Assembly (NCBI GenBank): GCA_965200315.1
Contig: OZ241362.1
Span: 2,048,001-2,112,000 of the forward strand
Length of the DNA: 64,000 nucleotides
Direction: 5' to 3'
DNA from: Candidatus Latescibacterota bacterium
Lineage (GTDB): Bacteria > Latescibacterota > UBA2968 > UBA8231
Shown: piece after piece, positions 1 through 9,281 of the stretch
How positions within the stretch are numbered: position 1 is the stretch's first letter
How the letters are laid out: the number at the start of each line of letters is the position of its first letter
Made by a program: the position numbers and the translations under genes
The notes under the pieces: model-generated
Told to the model about the DNA's origin: nothing
The model's input: the letters and a program-made list of their open reading frames with translations, nothing else
The model's database searches: none

Positions 1-328
1 TGGCTTCCACTCTATCCAGCCGCCCTTCGGATCGCGCTTGGGCTTCGACCAGGCGGTCCAGAGTGGCTTCCACCCGATCCATCCGCGTCTCTACCCCTTC
101 CATCCGCGTCTCTACCCCTTCCAAACGCTCCTCTGAACGAGCCTGGGCGACGGTAAGTGCTTTGACCGCATCCTTGAGGTCCTGCATGTCAACAGAGGTA
201 GCCAAGCCGACGTGAAGTTCACTTAACACGCTAGTGAGAAGATTGGCTTGATCTTGGGTAAACGCCTCTCCTAATCTGCGTTTGACGTCGTCTGTGCTTA
301 ATAACATGACTTTTTCCTCTCGTGACAT
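1..328 (-). CDS. Coiled-coil heptad-repeat protein, 5' part (runs off left edge)
   Basis: Hand translation from ATG 328 (or 307): MSREEKVMLLSTDDVKRRLGEAFTQDQANLL...RLEGVETRMEGVETRMDRVEATLDRLVEAQARSEGRLDRVEA; open to the window edge. Confidence 0.7.
   Translation of the reverse strand, partial: MSREEKVMLLSTDDVKRRLGEAFTQDQANLLTSVLSELHVGLATSVDMQDLKDAVKALTVAQARSEERLEGVETRMEGVETRMDRVEATLDRLVEAQARSEGRLDRVEA
79..123. repeat. 21-bp tandem repeat (two copies) encoding heptad EGVETRM
   Basis: ccatccgcgtctctacccctt at 79-99 and 100-120. Confidence 0.9.
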
Positions 329-386
329 CGTTCGTTTGGCTCTCAATTATACTTACAGGGAGCCTAGTCAATGTCAAGTCTCCAGC

Positions 387-2426
387 CTAGTACGCCACGC
401 CCACCACCCCATTCGCCACTTCGCGGCCCTTGTCGGTGTCCCAATCGAGCTGATAGAGATACATGCCGGGCGGCACGAGTGCGCCCGCTGCGTCGCGCCC
501 ATTCCAAGTTTGGGCAAAGCTACCGCTACCGGTGTTAGCCGCGATTTGGCGCACCAGTCGGCCAGACAGGTCGTAGAGCCGCAAGCGGATCGGCCGCAAG
601 CTCTCCAAATCGCGCAATTCGTAGGCAATCGCTACTTGGTCGTTGACGCCGTCGCCGTTGGGCGTAAAGGTCGCTGGCGTGGCCTGCACCCTGCTGATGA
701 GACCACCGCCCATGGGCGTGCGCACCGATACCACGTCGCCGCTAAAGCGGAACGTTGCGTTGCCCGGGGCGACCTGCTGCTTGAGCTCCGGCTCGGTGCT
801 GTTGTATACCCAGCTTCTGAAGTCCGCGCCAAAGCGCAAGACCTTGGCGTCGAAGACCACCTCAATCCGCTTCTCATTGTCGCGCGGCCCCACCAAGCGG
901 TCGAACGAGACGATCAGGCGGTCGTCCTCGATCTCAGGCGGGAAGCGGTCGCTTATTTCCTCGCCGTCGATGAGCACCGAATGCACCCGCTCGACCGGGA
1001 TCTGGGTAAAAATCTCCAGCCGGTCAAAGCCCAAGTCGCTCGCGCGCAAGACCGGGCGCACCACATAGGTGAAGGTTTCAGCCGCAAAGCTCTGCGTGGC
1101 GATCGGCCAGATCTCCCCAACCACCTCTTGGGCCACCGGCTCCTCGGAAAACAGCAGCGACATGTTGTCGATGTGCGGGGCCGCGTCGCCGCTGGCAAAC
1201 AGGATGGCCTCTAGCTGGAAGTAGCGCGCCGGACTCGGCGAGAGTATAGGCGTGCCGTCCTGCCACAAATCCGCTGGCAGCTCGACCTGCCGCAACCCAG
1301 CCGCGAACTCATAGGGCGCGGACCACGGGCTCCAATTCTCTAGGTCGTACCCCAATTCCACGTTGTCCCACCGCCGGTGCCCGAGCTGAGTCAGGTATTC
1401 GTCGAGGGTCGATACTTCGAGGGTGCCGGTCGGGCCGATGGTGCGGTAGATGTTGGGCTGCGGCGTGTTGCCCGTGCGGGTGCGGAGCAAAAGTTGGGTT
1501 CCCTCGGGCACCTCGCCTTGCCAGCGAATTTTGCTCCACGCGACCTCGCGGCCAAAATCCATGATCGGAGTGCGGTAGGTCGTCCGGGTCACAAAGCCCT
1601 CGCCATAGACTTCGAGCTCGGCGATTTCCCAGTCGCGTTCGGGGTCGAGCGGGCGAACGGCGATCCACTTGAGGTCGCGGGTGGAAAAGCGCAAATCCAC
1701 CACCACATCGAGGCTTTCGCGGTTGCGCACCAAGATGTTAAAGGCCGGGTCGTTGGGCGCACCCAAGGCCGCGTCAATGACCATGTACCAACGCTTGCCG
1801 CGCTGGCTGCGGTCGAAGTTGCTGTCCCAAAACGGGCCGGTGTGGTCGGCCACGCCGATTTCGTACCACGCCAAGTAGTTGTCCTCAAACCCGGGCCGCG
1901 GAAAGAAGCGAATGCGGTTGATGGGTAGCTCGGCTCCCAAGTGCATGACGTTGTTTTTGACCACCCCGGGGTTGTTGCGGCCGGCCAAGCGCGGCGGCTC
2001 GGGGACCCTCACCAGCATAGCGGTCGTCGGATCGCCGTCGATGAGAAACTGCAAGGGCTGGGAGTCGGTTACCAAGTGCGTGCCGCCGTAAATGCTGGCC
2101 GTGTAAAAGTGCCCTTGGCGCTCCTTGATCGACAGCGCCAGATTTTCGTTCGGGTCGATGTACACTGGGCGCAGGCTGCCGTCGGCAAAATCGATCAGCG
2201 TATCGACGCCCGCGGTGTTGAAACGCACGCTGACCTCTTCGGCAACCGCGCCAATGGTCACCTCTTCGACGATGCCGCCCTCGGCGTCGAGCAGCGCGTA
2301 CGCAGCCGTCTGCTCGGCGACCAATGTCTGCCAAGAATTGCCGTCCGCGCCGCCGAGGCGGAACTCGCCGCGGCCCCACGCACTGGAGGCTAAGGCTACC
2401 ACTAGCAAGCCTATGTGCTGCAACAT
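387..2426 (-). CDS. Secreted protein with C-terminal TPNGDG/FlgD-Ig-like domain (paralogue 1)
   Basis: Signal peptide, DGDPTT, RTRTG..WSPWS..SPSPARYFQ, FTPNGDGVND, YDLSGRLVR, WNGRD..PPGMYLY, ends GVAY; AGGAG RBS. Confidence 0.85.
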   Translation of the reverse strand: MLQHIGLLVVALASSAWGRGEFRLGGADGNSWQTLVAEQTAAYALLDAEGGIVEEVTIGAVAEEVSVRFNTAGVDTLIDFADGSLRPVYIDPNENLALSIKERQGHFYTASIYGGTHLVTDSQPLQFLIDGDPTTAMLVRVPEPPRLAGRNNPGVVKNNVMHLGAELPINRIRFFPRPGFEDNYLAWYEIGVADHTGPFWDSNFDRSQRGKRWYMVIDAALGAPNDPAFNILVRNRESLDVVVDLRFSTRDLKWIAVRPLDPERDWEIAELEVYGEGFVTRTTYRTPIMDFGREVAWSKIRWQGEVPEGTQLLLRTRTGNTPQPNIYRTIGPTGTLEVSTLDEYLTQLGHRRWDNVELGYDLENWSPWSAPYEFAAGLRQVELPADLWQDGTPILSPSPARYFQLEAILFASGDAAPHIDNMSLLFSEEPVAQEVVGEIWPIATQSFAAETFTYVVRPVLRASDLGFDRLEIFTQIPVERVHSVLIDGEEISDRFPPEIEDDRLIVSFDRLVGPRDNEKRIEVVFDAKVLRFGADFRSWVYNSTEPELKQQVAPGNATFRFSGDVVSVRTPMGGGLISRVQATPATFTPNGDGVNDQVAIAYELRDLESLRPIRLRLYDLSGRLVRQIAANTGSGSFAQTWNGRDAAGALVPPGMYLYQLDWDTDKGREVANGVVGVAY

Positions 2427-2494
2427 GCTTGTCTCCTTTTAGTGGTCCGTGATCAGGCTCCGCATCCCCGCCCCGCCCAAGCCACGGACCACTC

Positions 2495-4543
2495 TTAGTA
2501 CGCCACGACCAAGGGACGCATCGTCTGCCCACTGCGTGCATCCCCTTGCACCTCGATCCGCACCACATAGATGCCGGGGGCAACGCGCTGGCCCCGCTCG
2601 TTTGTGCCGTCCCAATGCACGGCGTCGTACACGCCGTTTTGCCCTTCGGCGTCAAAGAGGCGGCGCACCGGCCGGCCCCCTAAATCCCACAAGTCGATCG
2701 CAATCCGCGCTTTGCCGATGACCGCCAGCACCTCGAAGTTCACGTCGAGGACATCGTTCACTCCGTCCCCATTGGGCGTCAAGACTTCGCTGTTGAGGGC
2801 GAAACGGCCGATCAAGCTGCCCTCGTTCACCGCCCGGCTCAGCACGGTCGTCCCGGATTCGGTCGCCACGTCGCCTTCCGCCAAGAGGTCCGCGTTGCCC
2901 GGGGTAATGCCCTGAAAGGCATCCTCTTCTAGCAGCAGAGCGCGACCGCCAAAGCGGGTGCTAAAGGCCAGCACCCGACTGGCGAAGTGGATTTTCAGCA
3001 CGGCGTCATGCTGGTTTATGGCCGGAAAACTCACGGCAAAGCGCTGGTCGTCAATGGCGGTGATAGCGACCTCGCCTTCGGTTGTCACTCCATCGGTGAC
3101 CGCAAAGGCGTGGTCGAGCATTGGCTGGCCGCTGGCGTCGATAATCTCGATCCGCATGACGCGGCCCACGCGACTCGGCGTGAACACCTCAAAACTGTTG
3201 AAGCCCTGCACGTAATCGCTCTCCATCTCCGCCCGCACCGCGTACACAAAGGGCACGTCCGCGGCGGCCGGTACCTCGCGGGGAAAAATCTCGCCGACTA
3301 AGGCGTCGGCTAGCGGCGGCGCGGAAAACTCGAGCGCGATCTGCTGGAGAATGTGGCTCGCTTCGAGGTGCTGGCTCTGGAACTCCACGCGAAATTGAAA
3401 GTAACGGCTGGGGCCGGGCGAGAGAATCTGCGTGCCCGCGGCCAGCTCCTCCAGCGCATAAGGCGAAGTCCACGGGCTCCAGTTGGCCAAGTCGTCGCGC
3501 ACCGAGCCGCGCTCCCAATCGTCGCCCTGACGCCCGCGCTCGGGCAGCTTTAAGTACTCTCTGCGCAGCAGCGGCTCGTCTGGATTGGCTACGGACGATG
3601 CGATCTCGGGGGCGTCTTGCAGGCCCACCTGCTTGCGGGTGTACGCCAAGGGACTGGGGTCGTGGCCGCTGCGGGTGCGCAACTGCATGTCGGCCAAGTC
3701 CGCAACGCCTACTTGCTGCTGCAAGGTGCGGATGAGGCCCCAATTGGCTGGGCTGCCCATGTCGATGATCGGCGAGATGTAGCGCGCCGTCGGAAAGAAC
3801 CCCTCGCCAAAGACCTGGAGCTTTTCGATCTCAAAGGGAATGGCCGACGTGGCCCGCAGGCGGATGAAGCGAATGTAGCGCGGCGGGTCGATGAGCACTT
3901 CGGTGATCCGATCGCTGTTGTCGTTGCGCACCGTATAGGTTTCCCAGATCGGGTTGCCCGAGCTGGTCAGCACCAAGCCGTCGTTGATCTCCACTTCAAA
4001 GTTTTTCAAAAAGTCGTTTTGAAAGGGGGTGCCAGGCGAGGCAAAGACCGTGTTGCGCGGGAAAAAGCGCAGCCGGTTGACCCCAAAGCGCGCACCCAAG
4101 TCGAGAATGAGCTGGGTCCCCAAGATGTCGTCTTCTTTGCGCTCGAATGCCTGCCCGGTCGGGTCGGCCGCGAGCATGTCCTCGAAAATCACTTGGAGCT
4201 GCAAAGCGGTCAGGTCGAAGACGGTCGGTGCGCGCAGCGAGCCGCCGCGCTCCAGCACCTCTGCGGCCAAGTTCTGCTCGGCCCCCACTCGCCGCGGCAG
4301 GATACTGCCCGAAAAATCCGCGCTTTTAAACTCGATCAAATCGGCCGGCGCATAGCCTATTTCGGTGACGTTGGGGTCGAGAAAGGAGCGGTGCTCGGGC
4401 TGAATCGTCGCGATGTCCTCGGCCCCTTCAACCTTCCCGGTCCAAGAAATTTGCCCGTCCTGTCCGATGAGCAGGACTTGTCGGGCCGCTAGCGGCTGCA
4501 CCAAGCACACCGTTAGAATCCCAATCAGCAACGCGGCTCTCAT
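2495..4543 (-). CDS. Secreted protein with C-terminal TPNGDG/FlgD-Ig-like domain (paralogue 2)
   Basis: Signal peptide, RTRSG..WSPWT..SPGPSRYFQ, LTPNGDGVND, WDGTN..APGIY, ends VVAY. Confidence 0.85.
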   Translation of the reverse strand: MRAALLIGILTVCLVQPLAARQVLLIGQDGQISWTGKVEGAEDIATIQPEHRSFLDPNVTEIGYAPADLIEFKSADFSGSILPRRVGAEQNLAAEVLERGGSLRAPTVFDLTALQLQVIFEDMLAADPTGQAFERKEDDILGTQLILDLGARFGVNRLRFFPRNTVFASPGTPFQNDFLKNFEVEINDGLVLTSSGNPIWETYTVRNDNSDRITEVLIDPPRYIRFIRLRATSAIPFEIEKLQVFGEGFFPTARYISPIIDMGSPANWGLIRTLQQQVGVADLADMQLRTRSGHDPSPLAYTRKQVGLQDAPEIASSVANPDEPLLRREYLKLPERGRQGDDWERGSVRDDLANWSPWTSPYALEELAAGTQILSPGPSRYFQFRVEFQSQHLEASHILQQIALEFSAPPLADALVGEIFPREVPAAADVPFVYAVRAEMESDYVQGFNSFEVFTPSRVGRVMRIEIIDASGQPMLDHAFAVTDGVTTEGEVAITAIDDQRFAVSFPAINQHDAVLKIHFASRVLAFSTRFGGRALLLEEDAFQGITPGNADLLAEGDVATESGTTVLSRAVNEGSLIGRFALNSEVLTPNGDGVNDVLDVNFEVLAVIGKARIAIDLWDLGGRPVRRLFDAEGQNGVYDAVHWDGTNERGQRVAPGIYVVRIEVQGDARSGQTMRPLVVAY

Positions 4544-4929
4544 GGTATTTCTCCCGACCGACGAGGGTCTTCAATAACAACGCCACCATCGTCCCATACT
4601 TCCAGAGTTACTCCACTCTCCTGAGGCAGGGACATCCCAAGCAGAGGTTCCTCATCTGTTTGTAAAATGCCTACTTGACTTGGAAGTCCGTGCCAAGATA
4701 CGGTCCCAAGGTAGGCGTTTAATACCACGGATTCGCCATGAGCGAGTGTTGCGCTGCGCCGACCTAACAGGAATAACCCCAGTTGTTGGATGACGTCCTG
4801 CGGTAGCGTCAAATCGCCGTTATACCCTGTGTCCAAGACGACCTCTAATGAATGGAGAAGTCCATCACTGCCCACTAAGTCAACGATGATTACTGCTTCG
4901 AGATAATGGTTTATCTTGCCTGTAATCAT
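4540..4929 (-). CDS. Clan AA (retropepsin-like) aspartic protease
   Basis: MITGKIN..., VLDTGYNGDLTLP catalytic motif, PLLGM C-terminal motif. Confidence 0.8.
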   Translation of the reverse strand: MITGKINHYLEAVIIVDLVGSDGLLHSLEVVLDTGYNGDLTLPQDVIQQLGLFLLGRRSATLAHGESVVLNAYLGTVSWHGLPSQVGILQTDEEPLLGMSLPQESGVTLEVWDDGGVVIEDPRRSGEIP

Positions 4930-4939
4930 GGCTTGGGTG

Positions 4940-5185
4940 TCAAGCGCCGATACGGTAAGCTGTGCGATAACCGATGCGCACCCCATAGGTAACAGCATCA
5001 GGCCGCTCCAGCAGCTTCAGAGTAGCTGTTACGTCCCTTGAGTCTATCTCGTAGTCGCCGGTCTCAATGTCAATAATCACGAACTTTCCTTTTTCTGTCG
5101 TCTCCATCAAGTTGCGTATCTGTTCCCGGTAGATGGCTTCCCCTCGGGCTGTTATCTCCTCGGGGCTATAAGCATGGCCTGCCAT
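4940..5185 (-). CDS. Small protein of the kind usually paired with clan AA proteases
   Basis: 81 aa, RGEAIYREQIR..KGKFVIIDIETGDYEID..RIGY; AGGAGG RBS; directly upstream of the protease. Confidence 0.75.
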   Translation of the reverse strand: MAGHAYSPEEITARGEAIYREQIRNLMETTEKGKFVIIDIETGDYEIDSRDVTATLKLLERPDAVTYGVRIGYRTAYRIGA

Positions 5186-5236
5186 AGCACCCTCCTTTTG
5201 GTTTGCAGTCCCATAGATCGCCCCAATTGGGACTTT

Positions 5237-6265
5237 TCACAATCTCTCGCCCGCTAGGTGCTTAATCAAGACATCCCTTTCCATTTTGACGCGCTCGTCG
5301 AGTTCGGCGCGTCGCTTTTGGCGCTGGTACTGGGCAAACGCCTCTCGTGCGGCCTCTTTCTCGCCCAGTAACCCGTGGAGCTTACTCAGAAAGAAATACA
5401 CCCGGTAGTCATCCGGGGTGGTCTCGGCCAACCTAGCAACACAAGTGAGGGCCTCGCGGTAACGCCCCTGCCAAAAGAGCAGCTTGCCCAGCCCCCACAA
5501 GTCGGCACTTGAACCGGGATTTTCTACTAGCGCGGCCGCGAGCTGCCCTTCGGCCTTTTGCATGGCTTCCTCTCCAACCAGCCCTTGCTGCCGCCACCAG
5601 CCCTCCACCCTTGCGCCACCCAGTTCGCCGCTACGGCGGTCCATTTCGATGAGGAGCTCCGCCAGCGCCAAGGCCGCTTGCCGCGCATAGGGCTTTTGCG
5701 CCAACAGCTCGATGTAGGCCGCAACGGCAGGCTCGGCCCGGCCTTCGGCCTCGTGAATGCTCGCTAGCTGATACCGGGCCCGGCTGCTGTCGGGACGCAA
5801 CACCAGCAAGTCGCCGTAGGACTGGGCTGCACTCTGCAAGTCGCCGCTCAAGCCCTGTGCGTCGCCCAAGCGACCGAGCAATACGGCCGGATCGCCCCCT
5901 TGGTCAAGCAGAGTCTGGTAGAGGATGACGGCGGCGGCTGGCTGCCCGGCCGCTACATAGCGGGCCGCTAGCAACTCCTGAGCTCGACTTTCTTCGGGCC
6001 AGCGCACCAACAGCTCGCGGTACGCGGCAATGGCCTTGCCGTGTTCGCCCTTTTCGCCATAGAGTGCTCCAAGCGCGTAATAGGCGGCGGGAGAATTGAC
6101 CCCGGCCGCGACCGCACTCCGGTACTCGCGCAGGGCGTTGGCGGTCATGCCCTGCTCTTGGTATGCGTGGCCCGACCAGTAGTGCTGCTCCGCCTTTGAT
6201 CTCCCATCGCACGCATTGAGCGCGATTAGGAGCGCGTACGGGGCCACTATGGCTAGCCGGCGCAT
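5237..6265 (-). CDS. Tetratricopeptide-repeat lipoprotein
   Basis: Lipobox LNAC, repeated TPR patterns (AYYALG..Y..A..AY). Confidence 0.8.
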   Translation of the reverse strand: MRRLAIVAPYALLIALNACDGRSKAEQHYWSGHAYQEQGMTANALREYRSAVAAGVNSPAAYYALGALYGEKGEHGKAIAAYRELLVRWPEESRAQELLAARYVAAGQPAAAVILYQTLLDQGGDPAVLLGRLGDAQGLSGDLQSAAQSYGDLLVLRPDSSRARYQLASIHEAEGRAEPAVAAYIELLAQKPYARQAALALAELLIEMDRRSGELGGARVEGWWRQQGLVGEEAMQKAEGQLAAALVENPGSSADLWGLGKLLFWQGRYREALTCVARLAETTPDDYRVYFFLSKLHGLLGEKEAAREAFAQYQRQKRRAELDERVKMERDVLIKHLAGERL

Positions 6266-8929
6266 CTAGTTCAGCCCCGCGTAAATCGTCACAAAGGATT
6301 CGTTGGTCGTCTGCGCCTTCTGCCCAGTAAACTGCTTGCGCTCCACCTTCATGCCGGTCAGAGCGCGGAGCTTGTAGCCAAGGTAATTGGACTCGTTGCT
6401 GAACTGGACAGCTACAGTAACCGCGTCGAAGTCGTTGGCGTCGGCGTCGAAATCGTTGAAGATCGCGTATTCCACGCCAGCCTGGAGCTTGGTCACCTGC
6501 AAGACCTGCGTCTCCACCAAGCCCGAAAACAGCTCCATCAGACTGGTGTGGCTGTTGAGCGACAGCAGGCTGCGGCTCTGCTTGCGGAACTCGCTCTTCC
6601 AGCGCGGCTCTAACGACCACGCCCCGAGCTGAAAGCGATAGCTCGCTTTGTTGATCAGGCCGAAGAAGAAGTCAGACGGCGCCAAGCCGTATTGCTCGCG
6701 CTGGGCCTTGTCCATCTGCTGGTGAAAGTGGAGCCAGTGCATCTTGGTCGTCAAAAAGAGCGAGGCCACCTGCAGATTGTGGCCGACAAAAAGCTGGTTG
6801 ACCCAAGCGTCGCGCGCCAACAGCGGATCTTCGACCTTGGTCAGCTCGCCGCCGCGCAGCGTATTGTCCGGCGCCCACTGCAATAGTGGGTTGGGAATGT
6901 CGTCTTGGACCAACTTGCTCATCTCAAATACCCGCAAGCGGCCCAGCCGCGGCGCATCGCGCTCGTAGGTGAACATCAGGTAGTTGCTCTCGTTTTTGCG
7001 CGCCGAGGAAATCAGCCCTTCGCGCAGCGCCCCCACCACCAAGCGCGCCCGCGGCGTGATGTCGGCCCCGAGGTGGATGTTGAATCCCCGGTGATCCCGG
7101 CGATAGGGATAATCCGGCTCCTCGTCGTTTTCGTATTGATCGACCCAAAAGTTGTTGTTCATATCGACTCCAAAGAGAAACTCGGGCCGATCAACGTAAA
7201 ACCGCAGAAAAGCCTCCTCGTAGTCCGGCTCGGTATTCGAGCGCACGAACGTGTCGTTTTGGTTGAAATCGGGCACGAAGTCGTTGTTTTGATCCCAGCC
7301 CGGAAAAACCTGCTGATCGCCGCTGAGAAAGTCGAAGCGCACGTTGTCCGGGAATTTGTCCTGATCGTCGTTGTCATCGACCAAATCGACCAAGCCGCGC
7401 TCGTTGTCGTAGTCGAAGTCCCCGGTGCCCGAGGTGATAAAGGTCTGGGTGTTGTAGCGCGGGTCCATGCTGTAAAATTCGCCGAAGGCAAAATAGGGAG
7501 CGGCCTTTTTGGACACGTTGACCATCCAAGCTGGTGCCGAGCGCCGGCCGCCGATGCCAGAGAACGCCTCGTGGGTTTCCGTGAGCACGTTGGGGTACTT
7601 GCGATAGCTCCAACTCAAATCGTACTCGCCGTACAAGTCGAAACCCCGCAGGTCTTGCAACTCGACGCTGCCGCCAAAGATGTGGGTCGCCGTGGGCAGG
7701 CCGTATTCAAAGCGGATGGTCTGCAAGTTGGTGATGTCTTGGACATTGCCCTCGGCCTGCGCGACGAGCAACAAGACCTCCTGGCCGTCTAGGTTGATCT
7801 GGCGGTCCGAGGTCATCCAGACCTGATAGTCGTTGCCCAGCGTCAGCAGGAATTCGACTTGGGCGATTTCGTCCTTGGCAAAACGGGCCCGATCGACAAA
7901 ATCCGGGCTGTCGAAGTCGTACACTAATCGCATCTCCTCCGGCCCGTTGGCGGCCACAAAGCCCTGCTGCAAGAAGCCGCCCTCGATGATCGGCTCAAAG
8001 CCAATGGCCTTGCCCGATTCCACTGAGCCATCTCGATAGGTGATCTGCACGTCTGACGCATCTGGGAAAAACGCCGCGCCGCCCACGCCGTCTTCGGGCG
8101 AGTCGTCGCGCAGCACGAGCTTGACGAGCGAGATGGTTTTGTTCTGCCCGATGGTCAGCGAGCCGGCGAAGGGGTTGCCGGCCTGTTTGTCGAGCAAGGT
8201 GTGCGACTGATGGGCGTTGGCCGTGTGCAGCGCGACTTCGGCAAAGTCGCCGAGCTGGGCTCCCAACCGCCCGCCCGCCAAGATGGTGTTGTTGGTCCGC
8301 AACACCTCGCGGTCCCCGGTCGAGCCGCCGCCGGGGTTGCTCAGCCGCGAAAACAAAAAGGTTGCTTCGTAGCGGTCAGTAGCCAGATCGAACTGTACGC
8401 CGTCCATGCGGGCCTTGGCAAACACCATCGGCGACAGCACCGAGCGCAGGCGGCTGCTCGCCGTCAGGGTGTAGAAGTATTGGCCCTTGTTGTCTTGCGC
8501 CACCACGACTTCGGAAAACCAACTCTGGAAGCGGGAGGACTTGAACAGCACGTTGCCGAACTGCTGGGGCTTGCTCTGCGAGTTGTTGAATATCAGCCAG
8601 CCACGGGTGAGGAAATTGCCGTACAGATCGTAGAAGTAATCGCCCTCCAGGGTTGTTTCCACGTAGCGCTCATAAGGGTTGCGCGCATAGTTGGTGTACT
8701 CCCACTGCCGCCAATGGTACTCGCTGTACAGCTCCTGCGGCACATACCAGCGACGCACGGCCGGGTCGAGCGCGTTCAGGGACACCCCAGGGCCTTGGGG
8801 CGCGAGGCTCGTCTGGTCGTCGAGCTGCAAGCCCAAGCGCGTCCCGTACTGGCCCTGCGCCACGGCCGGCGCCCCAACCGCACTCCACAACATTAGGAGA
8901 CCGCAATAAATACCGGTCTTTGGTCTCAC
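6266..8929 (-). CDS. Large secreted/outer-membrane hypothetical protein (acidic DxNxD loops, beta-barrel-like C-terminus)
   Basis: Likely GTG start at 8929 after GGGAGG; signal peptide; DDNDDQD, DQNND, DMNNN loops; amphipathic beta strands at C-terminus; paralogous to 37640..40272. Confidence 0.8.
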   Translation of the reverse strand: MRPKTGIYCGLLMLWSAVGAPAVAQGQYGTRLGLQLDDQTSLAPQGPGVSLNALDPAVRRWYVPQELYSEYHWRQWEYTNYARNPYERYVETTLEGDYFYDLYGNFLTRGWLIFNNSQSKPQQFGNVLFKSSRFQSWFSEVVVAQDNKGQYFYTLTASSRLRSVLSPMVFAKARMDGVQFDLATDRYEATFLFSRLSNPGGGSTGDREVLRTNNTILAGGRLGAQLGDFAEVALHTANAHQSHTLLDKQAGNPFAGSLTIGQNKTISLVKLVLRDDSPEDGVGGAAFFPDASDVQITYRDGSVESGKAIGFEPIIEGGFLQQGFVAANGPEEMRLVYDFDSPDFVDRARFAKDEIAQVEFLLTLGNDYQVWMTSDRQINLDGQEVLLLVAQAEGNVQDITNLQTIRFEYGLPTATHIFGGSVELQDLRGFDLYGEYDLSWSYRKYPNVLTETHEAFSGIGGRRSAPAWMVNVSKKAAPYFAFGEFYSMDPRYNTQTFITSGTGDFDYDNERGLVDLVDDNDDQDKFPDNVRFDFLSGDQQVFPGWDQNNDFVPDFNQNDTFVRSNTEPDYEEAFLRFYVDRPEFLFGVDMNNNFWVDQYENDEEPDYPYRRDHRGFNIHLGADITPRARLVVGALREGLISSARKNESNYLMFTYERDAPRLGRLRVFEMSKLVQDDIPNPLLQWAPDNTLRGGELTKVEDPLLARDAWVNQLFVGHNLQVASLFLTTKMHWLHFHQQMDKAQREQYGLAPSDFFFGLINKASYRFQLGAWSLEPRWKSEFRKQSRSLLSLNSHTSLMELFSGLVETQVLQVTKLQAGVEYAIFNDFDADANDFDAVTVAVQFSNESNYLGYKLRALTGMKVERKQFTGQKAQTTNESFVTIYAGLN

Positions 8930-8947
8930 GACAACCTCCCTTTGCAA

Positions 8948-9267
8948 TATAGCAGTCCTACATGACTTGCACGATTCGAGATGCGGATCGTCTTGTTGCT
9001 CCTATGCTGAGTCCATCGGCACATCATCTTATAGCCGCCCTCCATCCCCTAACGGGCGGTCGTCGCTGGTGGCTACGCCGGCCTCCTGTAGGCGTACTAT
9101 AGAGGCCATCAGAAGCACTCTTGACGCGCCCGTCGAGCGGCTGGTCGCCTAAGCTGTACGGCGTTTTTCGAGGGCAAGGTGCCCTCGGTCCCAGAGGGGT
9201 TGCACCGGGTGAAAGACCGAACCGGATGCGAGCCTGCAAGCCGCGCCCGTCGTGTGGGATTGCTATA
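8948..9267. mobile_element. MITE-like element with TATAGCA(G/A)TCC terminal inverted repeats
   Basis: Left tatagcagtcctacatgac; right end reverse complement tatagcaatcccacacgac; left 67 bp match 51879-51945 in inverted orientation. Confidence 0.65.
9169..9193 (+). repeat. REP-like palindrome cgagggcaaggtgccctcggtccca
   Basis: Hairpin; related copy at 34326-34350. Confidence 0.65.
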
Positions 9268-9281
9268 TGAATGATGCGCAA

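Noticed and set aside
79-123. Possible CRISPR repeat
   Set aside because: Adjacent in-frame coding repeats without spacers; no cas genes.
282-1214. 310-aa plus-strand ORF and many similar long antisense ORFs (e.g. 3617, 6905, 14644, 26159, 58970)
   Set aside because: Shadows of real genes on the opposite strand in GC-rich DNA; no motifs.
9140-9250. Structured stretch considered as a riboswitch or ncRNA
   Set aside because: No recognisable riboswitch, SRP, 6S or tRNA consensus; explained by the REP inside the MITE.
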